Assembly (NCBI RefSeq): GCF_002113885.1
Contig: NW_018407065.1
Location: forward strand, 1,068,436 to 1,132,435
Direction: 5' to 3'
DNA length: 64,000 nt
Origin: Mizuhopecten yessoensis
Lineage: Eukaryota
Of the stretch, positions 39,311 to 50,800 are shown one piece after another. The notes under the pieces are model-generated. The model saw nothing but the letters and a program-made list of their open reading frames with translations. It ran no database searches and had not been told where the DNA came from. Both the position numbers and the translations under genes were made by a program. The stretch's first letter is position 1, and the number at the start of each line of letters is the position of its first letter.

Positions 39311-40849
39311 TTTCTTCATTTGTCTTGTTTAGAATCAGAGGTGCTAGTTTCAAATACTTTTTAGTCTTAAATCTGTATGCTAGATATTGAATAAGGTGGT
39401 TTTATTGTTTTTTGTCACTGAATAATATTTGTACATGAGACTAATAACTTTTTTTATAAGTCATAATAGTTTTAATGCTTGCCTGTATATCAATTTCTTT
39501 ATCTTTATTCAAACGTTTTCGGGACTTGGGAATTTTCCGGATTATTTTTGATGACGGTGGCTGGCGCATTCACGTTGTTTTTTTTATTACTTTCACGATA
39601 AAATCGGCAATGTGTTGCCCTAAAATACGTCATAGCAAAATTGAAGGCAGACTAGGCTGATACATGTCCTTTGAAGATTACAAAGGAGCGACACCCAACT
39701 TCAAAACCAGTCAATTTTTACCATTACGCGACCGCGAGATTCTTTTGATGTATATCGAAGGATCAAACTAGTCTGCTTGTCACTTCAACAAGGAAGCACA
39801 CACTGAGCCTTCAGTTTTCCTATGACATATTCCAGGGTGCCAAGATCAAAAGTGAGAGTTACCCCTGGAGTATCGAGGATGTGGTTTAGGGTTCTAGTGA
39901 TATATCTCAATCCATGACATTCTTATTTCCTGTAAAATATCCCAATGGCAGACTAGTAGATTTAAACACACAAGTTGAAGAAAATCATTAACTTTTAAAA
40001 AGATTTATTGCAAACTTACATTTAGTGCACATTTTCACATTCAAACGCATGCATGTCTCCAAACTAATATTTCATCTGATATTTACTACAGACCAGAAAG
40101 AACATGGATTCCATCGGTCAATCAGTCTGCTATGATTTTCTATTTGTTCTATTGATCCATAAAGGATGATCCTTGCTTCTTGATCATTACCAGTTTTAAT
40201 ATTTTATCCAGCTACAAAATATGAGCAATAGATATGAAAACTACTGGAACTGGAATTCATCAAAAAACAAACAATGGTCTATTTCTAACAGGGCACAATG
40301 TTACTCAGACTATTGCCATTAAAATAGTACTACTGAATAGACAGAACTGCCAGCAGTATGTTGAACAAAGTTTCATAACTGTTACTCTGCTATTTATAAT
40401 TGAAACAGTATAAAGGTGTTGGGGGTCTCAAAAAATGTTTAATAATGTATGAATAGTGGGCCCAGGAATAATATAAAACAAGGTTATATTCAAACTAAAG
40501 AATATCAACTTAACCTTTCGGTTTCTTTTCTTTCATCAGATTTTTCTTGTAAAAATGTTTTATTGCATGTAAATTACTATTTCAAAAACTCATTACATAG
40601 TGTAATGCTTATTAACAATGGGAATCTGTCTTGAATTCAGCACCTCCCAAACATTAGTTCTTCACCACAGTACATTTGGAGGTACAAATGTATATAAAAA
40701 CAGATTTAGACAAAACACCAGTTTTTTCACATGTGTGACTTGGTCTAAATAGAAAAAAGTCCACTTATGGCAATATGACTTGTAGCTAGGTGATAACAGA
40801 AATTTGATGCAGCAAGTCAGCCCTTTTATCAGCCCCTTAACCAGTCATA

Positions 40850-41805
40850 TCAATGAAACAACGTCTGATCCACCCGAGCACCAAATAAGTGTCGCCATGA
40901 CAATGGAATCTTCCATCCTGGCAGTGGTTTAATGATTTGTCCATCTTCTCTTTTCTTTGGCTGAAATATAACAAATGATTACTCTATTACTCAAAAGTTT
41001 AAATGAGATTTTTCAACACTGGATAAGTATCGACATATATAGTCTCAGTCTAAGAAATAATGCGCTATAGCCAAAATTCATTGTACAATTTTTAAGTTTA
41101 TGAGATTATTTTTTGCCCAGGGAATAATATGAAAAACAAGAATGTTCAATAAGTGTATTTACATTCTGTTTAACTGTATGTAACAGGTAGGTGGTAGCTA
41201 TAGACAGGCGATAGTTTTAGATGGGAGGTAGCTATAGACGGGTGAAAACTAGAACTGTAAGCCAAAGGCTAACTTATACCCCCGCTGCTATATACACCAG
41301 AACTGTAAGTTAAAGGCTTACTAAGGCAAAGCATTGCAAAGCAATCCATAGTCTCCCATCAGTAACAAGTATTCCACACAAAGGGGCATACCTCCATCAA
41401 AAAAGGTTGAAATCTCAAATTAAAATGCTGGTGCACAACTACATAAGATACCGATCATTTATGCAAAGTTTCAATGAAATCCACCTGTTAGTAAAGAAGG
41501 AGTGGAACAGACAGGTTTTTCACACAAAGGGGCACAACTCCATCAAAAAGGGTCGTAATCCCAAATTAAATTGCCGGTGCACAACTACTGATCATTCATG
41601 CAAAGTTTTCATGAAATCCATTTGTTAATTTTAATTAAGGAGGAGTTTTCCGGACAAGTATTTGGCAAAGGGGGCATAACTCCATCAAAAAGGGTCGAAA
41701 TCCCAAATTAAATTGCCGGTGCACAACTACTGATCATTCATGCAAAGTTTAAACGAAATCCACCTGTTAATTAAGGAGGAGTTTTCCGGACAAGTTACTG
41801 CGGGC

Positions 41806-41837
<32 letters not shown>

Positions 41838-44800
41838 GGTTAATTCTAGTAGAACCCCCTAACTTCGTTGCGGGGGTATAACTACAGATATGTCTGGTAG
41901 GTAGCTATACACAGGTGATAGTTTTAGATTGGAGGTAGCAGTAGACAAGTGATAGTTTTAGATGGGAGGCAAGTGGTATTTTTAGATGGGAGGTAGCTGT
42001 AGACAGTTGGTATTTTTAGATGGGAGGCAGCTATAGATAGGTGGTAGTTTTAAACGGGAGGTAGCTATAGACTGATGATATTTTTAGATGGGAGGTAGCT
42101 ATAGACAGGTGGTATTTTTAGATGGGAGGCAGGTGGTATTTTTAGATGGGAGGTAGCTGTAGACAGTTGGTATTTTCAGATGGGAGGCAGCTATAGATAG
42201 GTGGTAGTATTAAACGGGAGGTAGCTATAGACTGATGATATTTTTAGATGGGAGGTAGCTATAGACAGGTGGTAATTTTAGATGGGAGGCAGCTGTAGAC
42301 AGATAGTAGTTTTAAATGGGAGGTAGCTATAGACAGGGGGTATTTTCAGAAGGGAGGCAGCTGTAGACAGGTGGTAGTTTTAAATGGCAGGTAGCTATAG
42401 ACAGATGGTAGTTTTAAATGGGAGGCAGCTGTAGACAGGTGGTAGTTTTAGATGGGAGGTAGCTGTAAACAGGTGGTAGTTTTAAACGGGGGGGTAGCTA
42501 TAGATAGGTGGTAGTTTTAGATGGGAGGCAGCTGTAGACAGGTGGAATTTTTAGATGGGGGGCAGCTTTAGATAGGTGGTAGTTTTAAACGGGAGGTAGC
42601 TATAGTCTGATGATATTTTTAGATGGGAGGTAGCTGTTTACAGATGGGAGGCAGCTGTAGACAGGTGGAATTTTTAGATGGGGGGCAGCTTTAGATAGGT
42701 GGTAGTTTTAAACGGGAGGTAGCTATAGTCTGATGATATTTTTAGATGGGAGGTAGCTGTAGACAGGTGGTAGTTTTAGATGGTTGGCAGCTGTAGACAG
42801 GTGGTATTTTTAGATGGGAGGTAGCTATAGACAGATGGGAGGCAGCTGTAGACAGGTGGTATTTTTAGATGGGAGGCAGCTTTAGATAGGTGGTAGTTTT
42901 AAACGGGAGGTAGCTATAGACAGGGGGTATTTTCAGAAGGGAGAGGCAGCTGTAGACAGGTGGTAGTTTTAAATGGCAGGTAGCTATAGACAGATGGTAG
43001 TTTTAAATGGGAGGCAGCTGTAGACAGGTGGTAGTTTTAGATGGGAGGCAGCTGTAGACAGGTGGTATTTTTAGATGGGAGGCAGCTTTAGATGGGTGGT
43101 AGTTTTAAACGGGAGGTAGCTATAGACAGGGGGTATTTTCAGAAGGGAGAGGCAGCTGTAGACAGGTGGTAGTTTTAAATGGCAGGTAGCTATAGACAGA
43201 TGGTAGTTTTAAATGGGAGGCAGCTGTAGACAGGTGGTAGTTTTAGATGGGAGGCAGCTGTAGACAGGTGGGAGGCAGCTGTAGACAGATGGGAGGTAGC
43301 TGTAGACAGATGGGAGGCAGTTGTAGACACATGGGAGGCAGCTGTAGACAGGTGGTAGTTTTAGATGGTTGGCAGCTGTAGACAGGTGGGATTTTTAGAT
43401 GGGAGGAAGCTGTAGACAGATGGGAGGTAGCTGTAGACAGATGGTAGCTATAGACTGATGATATTTTTAGATGGGAGGTAGCTATAGACAGGTGGTATTT
43501 TTAGATGGGAGGCAGGTGGTATTTTTAGATGGGAGGTAGCTGTAGACAGATGGGAGGCAGCTTTAGACAGGTGGTATTTTAAGATGGGAGGTAGCTGGAG
43601 ACAGATGGGAGGCAGCTGTAGACAGATGGGATGCTGTTGTAGACATATTGGAGTCAGCTAAAGACAGATAGGAGGTAGCTGTAGACAGATGGGAGGCAGC
43701 TGTAGACGGATGGGAGGCAGCTGAAGACAGGTGGTATTTTTAGGAGGGAGGAAGCTGTAGACAGATGGGAGGCAGCTGTAGACAGATGGGATGCTGTTGT
43801 AGACATATTGGAGTCAGCTGTAGACAGATAGGAGGTAGCTGTAGACAGATGGGAGGCAGCTGTAGACAGATGGGAGGTAGCTGTAGACAGATGGGAGGCA
43901 GCTGTGACAGATGGGAGGTAGCTGTAGACAGGTGGTAGTTTTAAATAGGACTTAGCTATAGACAGGTGGTAGTTTTAAACGGGAGGTAGCTATAGACTGA
44001 TGATATTTTTAGATGGGAGGTAGCTATAGACAGGTGGTAATTTTAGATGGGAGGCAGCTGTAGACAGATGGTAGTTTTAAATGGGAGGCAGCTGTAGACA
44101 GGTGGTAGTTTTAGGAGGGAGGTAGCTGTAAACAGGTGGTAGTTTTAAACGGGAGGTAGCTATAGATAGGTGGTAGTTTTAGATGGGAGGCAGCTGTAGA
44201 CAGGTGGTATTTTTATATGGGAAGCAACTGAAGACAGGTGGTATTTTCAAATTGGAGGTAGCTGTAGACAGGTGGTAGTTTTAGATGGGAGGTAGCTGTA
44301 GACAGGTGGTAGTTTTAGATGGTTGGCAGCTGTAGACAGGTGGTATTTTTAGATGGGAGGAAGCTGTAGACAGATGGGATGCTGTTGTAGACCTATGGGA
44401 GTAAGCTGTAGACAGATGGGAGGTAGCTGTAGACAGGTGGTAGTTTTAGATGGGAGGCAGCTGTAGACTGGTGGTATTTTTATATGGGAAGCAACTGAAG
44501 ACAGGTGGTATTTTCAAATGGGAGGTAGCTGTAGACAGGTGGTAGTTTTAGATGGGAGGCAGCTATAGATAGGTGGTAGTTTTAGATGGGAGGCAGCTGT
44601 AGACAGATGGGAGGCAGCTGTAGACGGATGGGAGGCAGCTGAAGACAGGTGGTATTTTTAGATGGGAGGCAGCTGTAGACAGGTGATATTTTTAGATGGG
44701 AGGCAGCTGAAGACAGGGGGTATTTTTAGATGGGAGGAAGCTGTAGACAGATGGATGCTGTTGTAGACATATGGGAGTCAGCTGTAGCCAGATGGGAGGT

Positions 44801-47800
44801 AGCTGTAGACAGATGGGAGGCAGCTGTAGACAGATGGGATGCTGTTGTAGACATATGGGAGTCAGCTGTAGACAGATGGGAGGCAGCTGTAGACAGATGG
44901 GATGCTGTTGTAGACATATGGGAGTCAGCTGTAGCCAGATGGGAGGTAGCTGTAGACAGATGGGAGGCAGCTGTAGACAGGTGATAGTTTTAGATGGGAG
45001 GCAGCTGTAGACAGGTGGGATTTTTATATGGGAAGCAACTGTAGACAGGTGGTATTTTTAAATTGGAGGTAGCTGTAGACAGGTGGTAGTTTTAGATGGG
45101 AGGTAGCTGTAAACAGGTGGTAGTTTTAAACGGGAGGTAGCTATAGATAGGTGGTAGTTTTAGATGGGAGGCAGCTGTAGACTGGTGGTATTTTTATATG
45201 GGAAGCAACTGAAGACAGGTGGTATTTTCAAATGGGAGGTAGCTGTAGACAGGTGGTAGTTTTAGATGGGAGGCAGCTGTAGACAGATGGGAGGTAGCTG
45301 TAGACAGATGGGAGGCAGCTGTAGACAGGTGATATTTTTAGATGGGAGGCAGCTGAAGACAGGTGGTATTTTTAGATGGGAGGAAGCTGTAGACAGATGG
45401 GATGCTGTTGTAGACATATGGGAGTCAGCTGTAGACAGATGGGAGGTAGCTGTAGACAGATGGGAGGCAGCTGTAGACAGATGGGAGGCAGCTGTAGACA
45501 GATGGGAGGTAGCTGTAGACAGATGGGAGGCAGCTGTAGACAGATGGGAGGTAGCTGTAGACAGGTGGTAGTTTTAAATAGGACTCAGCTATAGACAGGT
45601 GGTAGTTTTAAACGGGAGGTAGCTATAGACAGGTGGTATGTTTAGATGGGAGGCATCTGTAGACAGGTGGTATTTTTAGACAGGAAGCAGCTGTAGACTG
45701 CCTTTATTTATAGACAGACATGTAATAGATGTTTTCCTTGAGTAATGATTGTCAATCTCGATACAGTTTTCTCCTTGTGAGTACTAACCTTCATGTCCAC
45801 CAGGTCGAGCCACTGATTTAGACGAGAAGCCAGGAATATAGCGTCCTGGGAATTGTCTCCTTCTGAACAGAACATCAGCAGAACTACGACTGGCATATCT
45901 TTCCCACTGTAACAGACAGGTATAAAAAATACTTACTTGTAGTCAAGTGTTTTTATACACACATTTTTTCTTTATACACACATCAATGATGAAGGTCATT
46001 CAAGGTTGATTCTTTCAATCTGATTGACTGATGGTCTCCATCTTACTTGCAAAAAATGTTCACTTATTTTTTTTAGAAAACTCATAAAGTTGTTATATTT
46101 GTTTTAAGTTGCTATAATTGGTAAGAGGTACACACTAATAACTTTTGGGTCATTCTATCAGAAGTCCTTGTTTGGGTCATTCTATCAGAAGTCCTTGTTT
46201 GGGTCATTCTATCAGAAGTCCTTGTTTGGGTCATTCTATCAGAAGTCCTTGTCATTCCAAGTTAATTCCTACGCAAAATATCTTATGAGATGTGCACACA
46301 TTCAACAATTGTGGGCATATGAGTGTACCGTTCACAGTAATCTTGTTAAGTAAGAGAGGCCTAATGTATTAACTCTGGCTTACCATTCCTCCAGTAACCA
46401 CTGGCCCTGCCCCTCTTCATCTAGTTAGATAATTTTGTATTAACTCTGGCTTACCATTCCTCCAGTAATGACTTGGCTATGCCCCTCTTCATCTAGTTAG
46501 ATAATTTTGCATTAACTCTGGCTTACCATTCCTTCAGTAATGACTTGGCTATGCCCCTTTTCATCTAGTTAGATAATTTTGTATTAACTCTGGCTAACCA
46601 TTCCTGCAGTAATGACTTGGCTATGCCCTTCTTCATCTAGTTAGATAATTTTGTATTAACTCTGGCTTACCATTCCTCCAGTAATGACTTGGCTATGCCC
46701 CTCTTCATCTAGTTAGATAATTTTGTATTAACTCTGGCTTACCATTCCTCCAGTAGAGACTTGGCTATGCCCCTCTTCATCTTGTTAGATAATTTTGTAA
46801 AACTCTGGCTTACCATTCCTCCAGTAATGACTTGGCTATGCCCCCTCCTGGTACGTAGATATAATTAGGTTTTTCAGATCCATTCTGAAGCTCTTCTGGA
46901 GTGTTTCTACGTTCTAGATCCAACCAATTCAGCGGAGCACTCCGTAACATCTGGCAAGTCTTGGTCTCCTCCATACATTGGGAAGCAAGGAAACGAAGCT
47001 GATCTCTTTAAACAGATTCAGTAAGTTATCAATTTAGAAGAAAAATTAACGTTTATCATCTAAAGCTACTACAAAGTAATTATGACAAATAACTGAGACT
47101 ATTTTATATAAAAGATATTCATAACAATTTTTTATGTTGTCCTTTCACCATCATACAATACATGTTTGTTCCCTATACATATTGAGCATTGAGTATACAT
47201 GGGTCAAAGTCGTTCATTTAAACAAACCGTGTAGCCCTAACTCAAGCATGCTACAGACAAAATATGAACATTGTATACGGAAGAAACAGTTGGTAAAGAC
47301 AATTGTTTTGCTCTCTGAAATGTACACTCAGCATGTGATTCCTATTATTGATGGGGAAGTTTAATATAAATTGACTGTTAAGATAAAACCTACCCCTGAA
47401 GCTGTATGTTTTCTGTTAAGATAAAACCTACCCATGAAGCTGTTAGATTACTGCTAAAATAAAACTTACCCCTGAAGCTGTATGTCTACTACTAAGATAA
47501 ACATACCCCTGAAGCTGTATGTTTATTGTTAAGATCAAACTTTCCCCTGAAGCTGTAAGTTTACTGTAAAGATAAAACTTATCCCTGAAGCTGTATGTTT
47601 ATTGTTAGATCAAACTTTCCCCTGAAGCTGTAAGTTTACTGTAAAGATAAAACTTATCCCTGAAGCTGTATGTTTATTGTTAGATCAAACTTTCCCCTGA
47701 AGCTGTAAGTTTACTGTAAAGATAAAACCTGTCCCTGAAGCTGTATGTTTACTGTAAAGATAAAACTTACCCCTGAAGCTGTATGTTAACTGTAAAGATA

Positions 47801-50800
47801 AAACCTACCCCTGAAGCTGTATGTCTATTGTTAAGATAAAACTTACCCATGAAGCTGTTAGTTTACTGTTACGATAAAACCTACCCCTGAAGCTGTATAT
47901 CTACTTTTAAGATAAAACCTACCCATGAAGCTGTCAGTTTACAGTAAAGATAAAACCTACCCCTGAAGCTGTATATTTGTTGTTAAGATAAAACTTACCC
48001 CTGAAGCTGTATGTCTACTGTTAAGATAAAACCTGTCCCTGAAGCTGTATGTTTTCTGTTAAGATAAAACTTACCCATGAAGCTGTTAGTTTACTGTTAA
48101 GATAAAACCTACCCCTGAAGCTGTATGTCTACTGTTAAGATAAAACCTACCCCTGAAGCTGTATGTTTTCTGTTAAGATAAAACTTACCAATGCAGGTGT
48201 TAGTTTACTGTTAAGATAAAACCTACCCCTGAAGCTGTATGTCTACTGTTAAGATAAAACCTACCCCTGAAGCTGTATGTTTTCTGTTAAGATAAAACTT
48301 TCCCCTTAAGCTGTATGTTTACTGTTAAGATAAAACCTACCCCTGAAGCTGTATGTTTTCTGTTGAGATAAAACTTACCCCTGAAGCTGTATGTTTTCTG
48401 TTAAGATAAAACTTACCCATGCAGGTGTTAGTTTACTGTTAAGATAAAACCTACCCCTGAAGCTGTATGTTTACTGTTAAGATAAAACTTACCCCTGAAG
48501 CTGTATATTTACTGTTAAGATAAAACTTACCCCTGAATCTGTATGTCCAGTCGTTCCTCACTGCGACTGCTTGTCAGGATAACTAGTTTTTTGAAGGACT
48601 TATTAATTATCCATTCCTTCAACCACTTTCTAAACAGAGCCATTTTCCCCTGTGTAATAAATAGAAAATCATATTACACCTTTTAAAGTGCATATAGGCC
48701 CTATGTATAATAATTTATTTAACATTTCATTTTTTCCGGAGAGTTAAGGATTTTAAAATTCTCAAATAAACAAGCATTTGTTCTGAAACTGTTAGCTAAT
48801 GATGTAGTTTTGAAAAGTACAGAATTGGAAAAATGTTTGTATAATACACTGTATTAAGTGCGTCTTAATAGAACATAAGCTATATTGCATGTTAATTACT
48901 AATTTCGGAAGAAATAAAACAATATACTCTTGGCAGTAATGTTGAATAGAATTATCTTTTTCAACTGGTCCATCAGGCAAATAGACACTAACTTTTGCTT
49001 CCCGACAAACCAAATTTATTGACCCCAGCCTTTTAACTGGGATATTTGCTTGTTCTGATGTTGAACATGTATATTTACAGCATGACAATAAAAAGTTATT
49101 GTTTCATAAATTTAATCTCCCTCAATAAATTTGTAACAAGATGGTCACTACTGTGGCAAGTAACAGTTAAAAAATCATTTATTCAGAAGTATATGTGTAC
49201 AGACCTTTGGCCTTTAACAATGACCTTGACCTTTATTATGTGCAAAAGTACATGACAGTAATATTATCATGTCAAGTGATGCCACAAATTATCTAATGTA
49301 ACAAGTTCTAACAATATCAATTTTGTTGTCAGAATTAGGCCAAACAGACACGTGGTACTGTTGTGGCATTGTGCTGTCACAATGAAGACATTTGACATGT
49401 TTAAGCAAACATTCACATACACTAATCTTAATGGGATCAAAAAAATCTTAGACTATGCTTCCATTTCATATAAGATTCATGAAGCTTGTCCTGAAGTTTT
49501 CTTTTCAGAAAAAAAACAACTAGATTTGTTTTCATTCAATATCATCTGAGAGGAAAATCACTTAAGATCCTTTATATACAGTTGTATATATAACCCAAAA
49601 TAGTTCCATGCATAGACAAAAAAAAAGCAAATCGGTACCAGTACTTATAATACCATACCCGGACAAATGGAGCCCTCTGTTGTATCACCACCACTTTGTG
49701 TTCAATACTCTCATACACTGAAAAACAAAAACAGGGCAAACTTTGATATAACCCATCAATCATCAGCTGGCAACACAAATATAATACCTTGTTCTGTCTG
49801 TTAACTGTATGTTCGCTAAATTACTAGGGGCATGGACTATGACAAATTTATGTTACAAGGAGCATGGACTAGGAAATATTTATGTTACAAGGAGCATGGA
49901 CTAGGAAAAAAATATGTTACGAGAAGCATGGACTAGGAAATATTTATGTTACAAGGAGCATGGACTAGGACAAATTTATGTTACAAGGAGCATGGACTAG
50001 GAAAAAATGATGTTACAAGGAGCATGGACTAGTAAATATTTATGTTACAAGGAGCATGGACTAGGAAATATTTATGTTACAAGGAGCATGGACTAGGACA
50101 AATTTATGTTACAAGGAGCACATGGACTAGGACAAATTTATGTTACAAGGAGCATGGACTAGTAAATATTTATGTTACAAGGAGCCTGGACTAGCAAGAA
50201 TTTATGTTACAAGAAGCATGGACTAGGACAAATTTATGTTACAAGGAGCCTGGACTAGCAAGAATTTATGTTACAAGAAGCATGGACTAGGAAATATTTA
50301 TGTTACAAGAAGCATGGACAAGTAAGTACCAGATAGTTGTTACTAGCGTTTAATTATATCAAAAGTAGATTTGAAAGATTGCTGGAAGATTTTTTTTCTA
50401 ATCCAGTGAATTATGGATGGAATTATAAACACTATTGTTCGCAATTAGAAGATAATTCTATTATTGATCACTATACAATTTAATCCATAAACATCCATAA
50501 ACTGGTTTATTTGGATAACCAATCTTCCGGCTAATATTATAAATAACATAAAATAAATCTTATGATATAAAAGTCTCTGAGCTTACTGGTATTTTTGACA
50601 GAAAACATGATAAATGGAGGTATCTAATTGAAATCAACCAACCATCACAGCTTGTTACAAGTTTGCAGTCATTGAAGTCTTCGTGGGCGAATGGATCATT
50701 GCCGACCAGAGGGAGGATGCTTTCGTGGTGGATGTGACCAACCCTTTCCATCCATAGTGTGGAGATGAGTAGATCTACTGCTAGCTGTCCAACATTACCC

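Noticed and set aside
44726-45594. Heptad-like ORFs (WEAAVDR / MGGSCRQ repeats)
   Set aside because: Translation of the 21-bp minisatellite unit inside a PSMG2 intron; no splice or start support.
46364-50321. CRISPR-like appearance of the 27-72-bp repeat arrays
   Set aside because: The units are head to tail with no unique spacers, there are no cas genes, and the context is eukaryotic introns.
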